Of a stretch of 41,554 bases of DNA, positions 1 through 6,884 are shown piece by piece. Position numbers and translations under genes: made by a program. Every line of letters starts with the position of its first letter. The stretch's first letter is position 1. Source of the DNA: a virus (Duplodnaviria > Caudoviricetes); the IMG/VR virus record IMGVR_UViG_3300011422_000009, positions 1-41,554 of that record; one strand, given 5' to 3'. The notes below the pieces were generated by a model, which saw nothing but the letters and a program-made list of their open reading frames with translations, did not search any database and had not been told where the DNA came from.

Positions 1-81
1 CAGCAACGCAGCAACGCAGCGGGGTATAGGTTTGTGGTTAAACGCAGTACATAACATTACATAACAAAAAGGGGTTTTACA

Positions 82-576
82 ATGGCAAGCAAGGCAACAA
101 TTACACAGTTACAAAACGTTTTACTGGCAACCCGCAATTTTAAGTTGCAACCTTTAACCCGCGCACAGCGCATAAACTTTTACCGCGCCGCACGCAACCC
201 GTACGCAGTACGGTATAGCGCAACGGGTAACCCTACGGGGTTACCCGTAGGGTTAACGTTTGTAGGGTTTGTACAGGGGTATACGGTATTGCGCAACCCT
301 AACAAACGGGGTTATACAATTGTACGGGTATACAGTACGGGGTACGCAGCAACCCCGTTTTACAGCGCAACCCGCAAGGGTATACCCGCTGCAATAGCGT
401 ACAAACTTGCGTACGGCGCAGCAATGCGCAGTACAAACCATAGTGCATGGCAAATAGGGTACAAATACCCTGCGCCGTTGCAAGCACAGGTACAGCGCGC
501 AGCGCGTACCGCTGCGCGTATGCAGTTGCTTGCGTTGCAAGCACAAATTGCAGCGGGTATACCCGTTGTAGCGTAG
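82..576 (+). CDS. hypothetical basic protein lacking Asp/Glu (164 aa)
   Basis: ATG preceded by AAAAAGGGG SD-like site, TAG stop, non-repetitive protein-like sequence, flanked by intergenic hairpins like the neighbouring genes. Confidence 0.75.
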   Translation: MASKATITQLQNVLLATRNFKLQPLTRAQRINFYRAARNPYAVRYSATGNPTGLPVGLTFVGFVQGYTVLRNPNKRGYTIVRVYSTGYAATPFYSATRKGIPAAIAYKLAYGAAMRSTNHSAWQIGYKYPAPLQAQVQRAARTAARMQLLALQAQIAAGIPVVA

Positions 577-581
577 GTTAC

Positions 582-670
582 GTTAAAGGCGTACGGTTAC
601 CCCGCTGCGTTGCGCAAGGCAACACAACGCAGCGCAGCGCAGCGCAGCGGGGTATACGTTTGTTTTTAAC
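582..670 (+). repeat. long intergenic inverted repeat with GCGCA/CGCAG units
   Basis: TACCCCGCTGCG pairs with CGCAGCGGGGTA, and outer GTTAAAGGC pairs with GTTTTTAAC. The 3' half resembles positions 15-60. Confidence 0.7.
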
Positions 671-703
671 TATACATAATACGTACACAGCAAGGGGTAC
701 ATA

Positions 704-1141
704 ATGGGGTTAACAAATAGCACAGCAACAAAAGTTGCAAACGCAAGGCATAAGCAAAAGGTAGCAAGGTTTAACGCAACGCAAACCCGCAAACTAGCAA
801 GCACAAAACCCGCACAGCGCGCACAAGGCGCAGCAATGCGCAAACCTGCGCAGCGGGGTAACCCACAACCCAAACTTAAAAAGTTACCTATAAAAATAGG
901 GTTGTGCGGGGTTGCCTTGCTAGGTTACCCGCACAATATATGGCATATGCAAAGCAATATGTACATAAATACCGTGTTGCAAATACGCGCGTACGCCTTA
1001 CATACGCTACCAAACGGTTACATATGGTTTTACGTACCCGCAAAAGGTAGCAAACCCGCGTACCATATTAAGGCGCACAGTAACCCCGCTACCTTTACAG
1101 CGGGTATACAACAATTTTACATAATAAAGTGGTTAAAATAG
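704..1141 (+). CDS. hypothetical basic protein lacking Asp/Glu (145 aa)
   Basis: AAGGGG SD-like site before ATG. K/R-rich N-terminus and aromatic, globular-looking C-terminus. Confidence 0.75.
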   Translation: MGLTNSTATKVANARHKQKVARFNATQTRKLASTKPAQRAQGAAMRKPAQRGNPQPKLKKLPIKIGLCGVALLGYPHNIWHMQSNMYINTVLQIRAYALHTLPNGYIWFYVPAKGSKPAYHIKAHSNPATFTAGIQQFYIIKWLK

Positions 1142-1143
1142 GT

Positions 1144-1226
1144 TACATATAGGCAACACAAACCCCGCGCCGTACGGCGCAACCTACGGGGTTTGTGTTG
1201 CTTGTTATGTACACTATGGTACATAA
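1144..1226 (+). promoter_or_regulatory. double-hairpin intergenic element, copy 1
   Basis: Perfect stem GCAACACAAACCCCG/CGGGGTTTGTGTTGC, then overlapping short hairpin TTATGTAC-actatg-GTACATAA. Confidence 0.7.
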
Positions 1227-1265
1227 AACACAACTTTACATAACCAAGAAAGGTTATAACTTACC

Positions 1266-1655
1266 ATGCAAAACAATACCGCAACCCTTACCCCTATTGT
1301 TAAAAACAATGCTTTAGGGCAATTTGCACACTATGCGCAAGCACAGGCGCAAAAGGCGCAAGCACAGGCGCAACGCCTTGCAAACGCAACCTACGTACTT
1401 GTTAAACCTAGCAAGGCAAACATTACACGTAACAAGCAAGGGGTTACCGCACAGCAACAAGCACAGGTTAACGCAAACCTTGCTGCAACGCTTGTATTGC
1501 AACTGTACCCTTTAGTTGCGCAAAGTGGTTTAACCCCTGCGCAGCAAGCACAGGTACAGCAACACTTGTTGCAAAGTGTATATACATTGCAGCAAGTTAC
1601 AACGCTACCCGCAAGCAAGTACGCAGTACAGTTACAGTTACCGCCAAACCCATAA
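1266..1655 (+). CDS. hypothetical Gln/Ala-rich protein lacking Asp/Glu (129 aa)
   Basis: AGAAAGG RBS at 1247-1253, helical Q/A/L-rich sequence, TAA stop. Confidence 0.75.
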   Translation: MQNNTATLTPIVKNNALGQFAHYAQAQAQKAQAQAQRLANATYVLVKPSKANITRNKQGVTAQQQAQVNANLAATLVLQLYPLVAQSGLTPAQQAQVQQHLLQSVYTLQQVTTLPASKYAVQLQLPPNP

Positions 1656-2165
1656 CCCGCGCCGCAAGGCGTACCCCGCAAGGCAACGCAAACCCGTACC
1701 GCACAGCGCAGCGCAACCCGCTGCGCAGCGGTACGGGGTTGCGGCGCACAGCAACGCAGCGTACCCCGCAAGTATAGGTACGCTGCGTTGCTGTACCCCG
1801 CAAACACAGCGCAAGGTACAGCGCAACCCCTACGCAACACAGCGCAGCGCAACGGCGCAAGGCGCAAACGTACGGGTAACCCGCAAGGCAACACAAACCC
1901 GCAAGGCGCAGCGCAGCGCAGCGCAGCGCAGCGCAGCGCAGCGTACCCGCAAGGCGTACCCCGCTGCGCCGCAAGGCGCACAGCGCAACGGCACAAGCAT
2001 ACCCGCGCGTATACGCGTACGCGTATGTACCCGTACCCGCGCTTATGTGCGCGTACGCGTACCCGCGTATGTGCGTACCTGCGCGCACGCGTACCCGTAC
2101 GCAAGGGTACGGCGCACAGTACAGCGTTGCAACACGGTAACCCGTTGCAAAATTGTACTGTGCGC
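1656..2165. repeat. non-coding repeat/palindrome-rich tract
   Basis: Contains (GCGCA)7 at 1906-1940, a perfect 18-bp inverted repeat (1748-1765/1777-1794), repeated CCGCAAGG, alternating purine-pyrimidine runs at 2004-2094, and an inverted repeat at 2112-2165. Confidence 0.85.
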
Positions 2166-2172
2166 AGAAATT

Positions 2173-2312
2173 GCAAAACAAATCTCGCTACAGAAAATGC
2201 AAAACAAATCTCGTGGGCAAAAAACAGCCACAAAATCTGGTAGCAAAAAATAACCACAAAATCTGTAGCAGTTTTTGCAAAACAAATCTAGCAGTTTTAC
2301 CAACACAAATCT
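2173..2312 (+). repeat. array of six AAATCT-core direct repeats (iteron-like)
   Basis: AAATCT at 2180, 2206, 2233, 2259, 2284 and 2307, with 23-27 bp spacing. Three copies read GCAAAACAAATCT. Confidence 0.8.
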
Positions 2313-2328
2313 CATAAAGGGGCAAAAC

Positions 2329-2565
2329 ATGAAGCGAAAAAATATGTACGTAGGCAAACAAGTTCAGATTAATGTTAACGGCACATTAACTACAGGTATA
2401 ATCTCACACCTATACCCTAACCTTAAATCTGAACTACAGCAACAGGTAGAAATAGATGTACTGCATAATGGGCAATTCTTAAGCCTAACATTGTACGCCT
2501 ATCAAATCTACGCTGTGCCACATATTACCACCAACAAATTTGACCCATACGTACAAATTGCCTAA
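2329..2565 (+). CDS. hypothetical protein (small beta-rich, possibly SH3-like)
   Basis: Start moved to ATG 2329 after the AAAGGGG RBS. Sequence VGKQVQINVNG..TGII suggests a small beta-barrel (inference). Confidence 0.7.
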   Translation: MKRKNMYVGKQVQINVNGTLTTGIISHLYPNLKSELQQQVEIDVLHNGQFLSLTLYAYQIYAVPHITTNKFDPYVQIA

Positions 2566-2573
2566 CAACAATC

Positions 2574-2636
2574 TGCAAACTAGGCAGCATAAGCAAAACA
2601 AATCTTGTGCTGCATAGTGTGCAAATCTGTTGCACA
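2574..2636 (+). promoter_or_regulatory. double-hairpin intergenic element, copy 2
   Basis: TGCAAACTAGGCAGCATAAG pairs with CTTGTGCTGCATAGTGTGCA, then TGTGCAA-atctg-TTGCACA. Confidence 0.75.
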
Positions 2637-2666
2637 ATAAACCAAAATCAAATCGGAGGTAACAAA

Positions 2667-2939
2667 ATGCAAGACGGGCGCAACTACAGCGGTTTAAGCG
2701 AAAGCGAAATAAGCACGCTACTAGATCTGAGGGATAGGGTATACGAAGATCATGGTTGCATAACGCATAGCCAAAACCACCGTATTCTGATTAACCTATG
2801 CTACCATATGATGTGGGAAATAACCACAGCATTATCTGAAGAGGGTGGTAGCTGGCAAGAAGATGAGGCGTTTTTGCAAACACACGAAAAGTTGGTACAG
2901 TTGCTCAACTATACCCGCCCCGTATATTCCGAAGACTAG
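2667..2939 (+). CDS. hypothetical protein
   Basis: GGAGGT RBS before ATG 2667. Confidence 0.75.
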   Translation: MQDGRNYSGLSESEISTLLDLRDRVYEDHGCITHSQNHRILINLCYHMMWEITTALSEEGGSWQEDEAFLQTHEKLVQLLNYTRPVYSED

Positions 2940-2959
2940 CATAAAACAAAACAACAATC

Positions 2960-3020
2960 TGCAAACTAGGTTGCACAAACAAGAAGGTTTGTGCAACATA
3001 GTGTGCAAATCTGTTGCACA
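2960..3020 (+). promoter_or_regulatory. double-hairpin intergenic element, copy 3
   Basis: 21-bp stem TGCAAACTAGGTTGCACAAAC/GTTTGTGCAACATAGTGTGCA with 2 mismatches, then TGTGCAA-atctg-TTGCACA. Confidence 0.75.
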
Positions 3021-3052
3021 TAAAATACCAACACGATCAGAAAGGCACAACA

Positions 3053-3535
3053 ATGTTTATGGATACATGGGTTGCTACCGATGGGATTACTACGGTACGC
3101 TTTTCCGACCTGCAAAGCGCAGAAATATATTGCGCCCAAACAGGATGGCAAACATCTGACCTTTGGTGTATACGGCAGCAACTAATCGTAACACCAGATG
3201 GGGAAAGCGCAATAGTAGAACCCTGGTGCAATCGGATGGACCCAGATGTAGATACAGAAGTACAAGGTACGTGGCTAGATCATGTGTTTGTACCGCCTGC
3301 AAATTCTGTAGCCAACGGTACAAGCGAAGATGATGTACCTGTAACCTACAGTTCTGAATATCTACGCCAGCTAGGTAGTATTTCAGAGCGGCTAAGGTGG
3401 GATTTTCGTGACCTAGCTGCAACAGAACCCACTATTTATAACAATCTAGTGGCTTACGTTAAAAAGTGCGATGCAAAGGGCAAGAAACCTACCCTAAAAG
3501 AAGCAGAAAAAATTGTGGGTAGGTACGCCAACTAA
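3053..3535 (+). CDS. hypothetical protein
   Basis: AGAAAGG RBS before ATG 3053. Confidence 0.75.
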   Translation: MFMDTWVATDGITTVRFSDLQSAEIYCAQTGWQTSDLWCIRQQLIVTPDGESAIVEPWCNRMDPDVDTEVQGTWLDHVFVPPANSVANGTSEDDVPVTYSSEYLRQLGSISERLRWDFRDLAATEPTIYNNLVAYVKKCDAKGKKPTLKEAEKIVGRYAN

Positions 3536-3541
3536 TCTGGT

Positions 3542-3611
3542 TTGCAAGCAAAGGGTACGGCCCATCATCAGATGGGTGGGCCGTTACCTTTACTTACAAT
3601 CTGGTAAGTAA
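3542..3611 (+). promoter_or_regulatory. double-hairpin intergenic element, copy 4
   Basis: AAAGGGTACGGCCCATC pairs with GGTGGGCCGTTACCTTT, then TTACTTAC-aatctg-GTAAGTAA. Confidence 0.7.
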
Positions 3612-3644
3612 CACACAAAACAAAGTTCAGAAAGGACTTATAAA

Positions 3645-4124
3645 ATGCCTTCTCCAAGTAAGCGTACTCAGATTGCCGCTATCTTAAAGCAGCAATATGG
3701 CAATCAAGTAGATACGCCAACGGTAAAGCAACAAGCGAATTACGAAGCGCACAAAGCTGTATCAGAATACTCACATGGCTATTATCAGGATTGGGGTGTT
3801 CTGGTAGGTATGTACGCAGGGTACTACGTAATTCAGCTTGACAGAAATGTAAGAACAGATCGGGATGCCAACGAAAATCTGTATGTTGCTTTCCGACTTT
3901 ACTACAACATCTATAGCTTTACCCATGAAAATGAAATTTGCTATATCCCGCAACATAGCAATGGGGTCGGAGGCCAAACGCTAGATGACTGCCTAAATGC
4001 AATCTGCTATCATATTGCCCACAACGCAGCTTATCGCAGCGCAAACACAGGATTGTGGCAACGTAGGCTTCCAGTTCATTTACAGCAACTTCCCAACGTA
4101 CCTAATCGGTTCGGAGTAAGCTAG
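3645..4124 (+). CDS. hypothetical protein
   Basis: AGAAAGGA RBS, 159-aa ORF. Confidence 0.8.
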   Translation: MPSPSKRTQIAAILKQQYGNQVDTPTVKQQANYEAHKAVSEYSHGYYQDWGVLVGMYAGYYVIQLDRNVRTDRDANENLYVAFRLYYNIYSFTHENEICYIPQHSNGVGGQTLDDCLNAICYHIAHNAAYRSANTGLWQRRLPVHLQQLPNVPNRFGVS

Positions 4125-4126
4125 GT

Positions 4127-4180
4127 TGCACATAGGCTGCATAAACAAGATTTGTGCAGCTTATTGTGCAGATTGGCACA
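4127..4180 (+). promoter_or_regulatory. double-hairpin intergenic element, copy 5
   Basis: TGCACATAGGCTGCATAAA pairs with TTTGTGCAGCTTATTGTGCA (G-U pairs), then TGTGC-agattg-GCACA. Confidence 0.72.
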
Positions 4181-4219
4181 GCAAGCAAACAAAGCAAAGT
4201 TCAGAAAGGCTTTATACAA

Positions 4220-4495
4220 ATGTCAGAATATCCATTGGTTGCCGTACCCCACTTACATGAAGATCAATTCATGGAAGGGGATGGGGATATGGGTTTTGCC
4301 GTACATCCGATGGCTGGCTATGGTACAATCATAGTTAGCGTGGATGGATGGGATTGCCCGTTGCAATTCTTCCGAGTAGACGGCATGGGTAGCTATCAGG
4401 TTTACGAATACGTAAACGAAGAAGATGGTGTAATCTGTTACATGGTTAATCCATCAGAGTTTGCCACTGTAGTACCTGTATCGCAAGAAGTGTAA
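4220..4495 (+). CDS. hypothetical acidic protein
   Basis: AGAAAGG RBS before ATG 4220. Confidence 0.75.
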   Translation: MSEYPLVAVPHLHEDQFMEGDGDMGFAVHPMAGYGTIIVSVDGWDCPLQFFRVDGMGSYQVYEYVNEEDGVICYMVNPSEFATVVPVSQEV

Positions 4496-4499
4496 TCAC

Positions 4500-4562
4500 G
4501 CACACGATACGGCATAACCCCCACAATCTGTTGTGCCGTATAGTGTACAGGATTGCTGTACA
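4500..4562 (+). promoter_or_regulatory. double-hairpin intergenic element, copy 6
   Basis: ACACGATACGGCATAAC pairs with GTTGTGCCGTATAGTGT, then TGTACAG-gattg-CTGTACA. Confidence 0.7.
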
Positions 4563-4601
4563 GTAATCGTCCTATGAAATCTCCAGAAAGGGATACATGA
4601 A

Positions 4602-4832
4602 ATGAAGTACATATTGCTAGTACGTAAAGATGGCGAGGAAGCACGACCAATAGAATGGGGTGCAAGAGAACGCCTACGTACTTTCCAGCTAGGCTACAAA
4701 CATGGTCTTTTGGATCAGGGTTGGAAGAGCTATGCCACTTATCAAAAAGATTATTACAATTTGGTAGATGGCAAAGGTAAACACATCCAACTATATATTC
4801 TGACCGAGCAAGAATGGAAAGACGAGAACTAA
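4602..4832 (+). CDS. hypothetical protein
   Basis: AGAAAGGGA RBS, 76 aa. Confidence 0.7.
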   Translation: MKYILLVRKDGEEARPIEWGARERLRTFQLGYKHGLLDQGWKSYATYQKDYYNLVDGKGKHIQLYILTEQEWKDEN

Positions 4833-4833
4833 C

Positions 4834-5115
4834 ATGCACTATGTAATGTACAAAGAAGCTGACGGCAACAGTGAACCGGAAGTTCTGTTTGCTGGCAATA
4901 GAGACAAGGCTATCGGTTACTACGAAGGCTTTGTAGATGCAATCCAAAGAATGGGCAACCATACACCAGATTTTAGGGGTGGCATGAAAGACCCAGATAT
5001 TGATTTACGGATCGCACGCATACACTTCTATCGTAACGATAATCCTGGTTACGCTTTCAACTTATGGGTTAAGAATTTACAACTTCCGAGAGCTTATAAC
5101 TACAAAGAAAGATAA
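4834..5115 (+). CDS. hypothetical protein (paralogue of 7738-7998)
   Basis: Abuts the upstream gene. Shares E-x-LFAG...Y...DAI and F-x-LW motifs with 7738-7998. Confidence 0.75.
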   Translation: MHYVMYKEADGNSEPEVLFAGNRDKAIGYYEGFVDAIQRMGNHTPDFRGGMKDPDIDLRIARIHFYRNDNPGYAFNLWVKNLQLPRAYNYKER

Positions 5116-5121
5116 ACAACC

Positions 5122-5199
5122 ATGTTGCACGTAGAACCAGAATTTGCCATTATCGCAATTGTGTTCTTACTGTGTCTATTGTGGGGCCGTAAGGTTTAG
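5122..5199 (+). CDS. possible 25-aa hydrophobic peptide
   Basis: MLHVEPEFAIIAIVFLLCLLWGRKV with AGAAAG upstream. Fills the gap before the next hairpin element. Confidence 0.4.
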   Translation: MLHVEPEFAIIAIVFLLCLLWGRKV

Positions 5200-5200
5200 G

Positions 5201-5260
5201 CGCAAACTAGATGCTATCACCTGATTAGATGGTAGCATTTAGTGTGCGAATAGACGCACA
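5201..5260 (+). promoter_or_regulatory. double-hairpin intergenic element, copy 7
   Basis: CGCAAACTAGATGCTATCA pairs with TGGTAGCATTTAGTGTGCG, then TGTGCG-aataga-CGCACA. Confidence 0.72.
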
Positions 5261-5297
5261 ATATCTTATTAGCTAGGTTTCAAGAAAGGAACCAAAC

Positions 5298-5801
5298 ATG
5301 AACGCCAACACCACCACGATCAAGTTCCCCCGCTTCAAGAAGGATGGGATCATTGCCAATGCCGTTAAAAACCATGAAGATTATATGGCTCGGCAGAAAG
5401 CACGTTTCACCTTCATCAAGCAAGCGGCACGCATGATCGATGAGAGCTGGTTGCCTGAAGATAGCCGTTTCTACGTAGAAACCTACGGTATGACCATCTA
5501 CATTCCTTGGTCAAAGGCTAATCTTATTAAGGCACGCAAGGCTATCGGAGCTGGCTGGAAGTACGATAGCCAATACCAGAACGATAATGGTACGCTGACC
5601 AAGAATTATCACACATACTTGGAAAGCGAATACATTAGCTTGACTCTGGTAATGGATGCAGAGAAGTTGGTCGAAGGTACTTGCAAGAAGGTCTTAGTGG
5701 AAAGCAAGACCGAGATGGTGCAAGTCACACGGCAGACCTATAAGGTCATCTGCGAAGATGGCACAGAAATGATGGAAGTAGAAACAGAACGCAACGTGTA
5801 G
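5298..5801 (+). CDS. hypothetical protein
   Basis: AGAAAGGA RBS, 167 aa. Confidence 0.8.
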   Translation: MNANTTTIKFPRFKKDGIIANAVKNHEDYMARQKARFTFIKQAARMIDESWLPEDSRFYVETYGMTIYIPWSKANLIKARKAIGAGWKYDSQYQNDNGTLTKNYHTYLESEYISLTLVMDAEKLVEGTCKKVLVESKTEMVQVTRQTYKVICEDGTEMMEVETERNV

Positions 5802-5884
5802 TGCAGAGGACGGCACACCCATGATCTTGTGGGTGGGCCGTAATGCGCCTTCCACTCGGAAGCTGGTTCCAAGTCCAGGCACAT
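5796..5884 (+). ncRNA. twister-like self-cleaving ribozyme (circularly permuted, type-P5-like)
   Basis: GCA-GAG-GA-[P1 CGGC..GCCG]-UAA-UGC-GC-[P3 CUUCC/GGAAG]-[P4 CUGG-UUCCAAGU-CCAG]. Both pseudoknot pairings (GA:UC and GC:GU) are satisfied. Confidence 0.82.
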
Positions 5885-5905
5885 TATTACCCAGAAAGGT
5901 ATAAC

Positions 5906-6160
5906 ATGAAAGAAGAAGAAGGTACGTATCTTCTGCAATTCCAGTTCGATGAGGCAATAGACATGGAAACAGAATGGTTCTACCATCTGCAACATGCGTT
6001 GGTGCGCCTTACGTATCTGAGCCAAATCCACCCCGACTATCTGGTAGCTTGTATCTTATTCCAGGCTAGGGATGGTGCGCTGTTCGATGTGTGTGAATTT
6101 AACATTCGGATAGGCTATGGTTTTGAAACAGATAGGATCCCCTATGCTACGGAATTGTAG
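5906..6160 (+). CDS. hypothetical protein
   Basis: AGAAAGG RBS before ATG 5906. The longer track start overlaps the ribozyme. Confidence 0.7.
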   Translation: MKEEEGTYLLQFQFDEAIDMETEWFYHLQHALVRLTYLSQIHPDYLVACILFQARDGALFDVCEFNIRIGYGFETDRIPYATEL

Positions 6161-6425
6161 TGCAGATACTTTGTACGGCAAAGCAGATGATAGGCTTTCT
6201 CGCATTACGTCTGCCTTACTACATCTAGCGCAAGAAAAGCAAGAAAGCTGGGAAGATTGCGTACTGTGGTCTGCTCCTACAGAGTGCTGGAAGCAGATCG
6301 AAGATACGCATGATCGCAAGAAAAGCCTAGTTCTCTTCTATGTAGGTATGGATGAAACCGAATGGCTTGCTGCCGTAAGAGAACGCACCAGTGAACGATG
6401 GGTCTATTACAACTTACCATTTTAG
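6144..6425 (+). CDS. hypothetical protein
   Basis: AGGA before ATG 6144, short overlap with the upstream gene. Confidence 0.65.
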   Translation: MLRNCSADTLYGKADDRLSRITSALLHLAQEKQESWEDCVLWSAPTECWKQIEDTHDRKKSLVLFYVGMDETEWLAAVRERTSERWVYYNLPF

Positions 6426-6437
6426 GAGATTACGATC

Positions 6438-6719
6438 ATGGCAGAAGTACAGGAAATGGATCAGTGGGAACGGGATGAGTTACGAAAAGCAGCTCGTCAA
6501 GAGTACGAGAATAATATTCTCAAGAATCTACGGGATGCAGTAGCAGATGCCTACGTACCTCTCTTCCCGCCGATGGCCCCGACCAATGTAAGCCCGAAAA
6601 TCGAAAGATTGCTGGCTTACCTTACCTATGCGATCACCTTGCACTTAGATGATCATGAGGATGGTTGGTGGGAAGATGAGGATACCATTCAGGAATTTGA
6701 CACGTTGTTTTTAGGATAA
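6438..6719 (+). CDS. hypothetical acidic protein
   Basis: AGGAG RBS, 93 aa. Confidence 0.75.
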   Translation: MAEVQEMDQWERDELRKAARQEYENNILKNLRDAVADAYVPLFPPMAPTNVSPKIERLLAYLTYAITLHLDDHEDGWWEDEDTIQEFDTLFLG

Positions 6720-6740
6720 TCAAGAAAGGATACGAGAATC

Positions 6741-6878
6741 ATGTTAGTTGTCTATATATCTATATGGTTGATCAGTCGCTTAATCTATGTTGTGCTGATA
6801 GCCAACCAAAGATCTGTTCCAATCCCAGTTCCAAAGAAGAACTATACTCCTGTTTCTAGCCCACGCTGGCCTGAATAG
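6741..6878 (+). CDS. small putative membrane protein (45 aa)
   Basis: AGAAAGGA RBS and hydrophobic N-terminus MLVVYISIWLISRLIYVVLIA. Below the ORF-track size cut-off. Confidence 0.55.
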   Translation: MLVVYISIWLISRLIYVVLIANQRSVPIPVPKKNYTPVSSPRWPE

Positions 6879-6884
6879 GGTAGA

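Larger units (their letters stand above)
1..2166. other. GA/TC-dinucleotide-free region (probable leading/early end of the genome)
   Basis: Manual scan found zero TC and one GA (1248-1249, inside the AGAAAGG RBS) in 2166 bp. The next GA is at 2167-2168. Confidence 0.93.

Noticed and set aside
1-2166. Alternative genetic code or amino-acid-level selection as the cause of missing Asp/Glu
   Set aside because: GA and TC are also missing across codon boundaries, on the opposite strand and in non-coding DNA. Downstream genes translate normally with the standard code.
1391-2257. Long overlapping ORFs (288, 225, 194 and 151 aa) on both strands
   Set aside because: These are low-complexity R/A/C/V translations of the repeat tract with no RBS. 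TGA stops cannot occur in GA/TC-free DNA, which inflates ORF length.
2173-2312. Possible CRISPR array
   Set aside because: The repeat core is only 6-13 bp and degenerate, the period of about 26 bp is too short for repeat plus spacer, and no cas genes are present.
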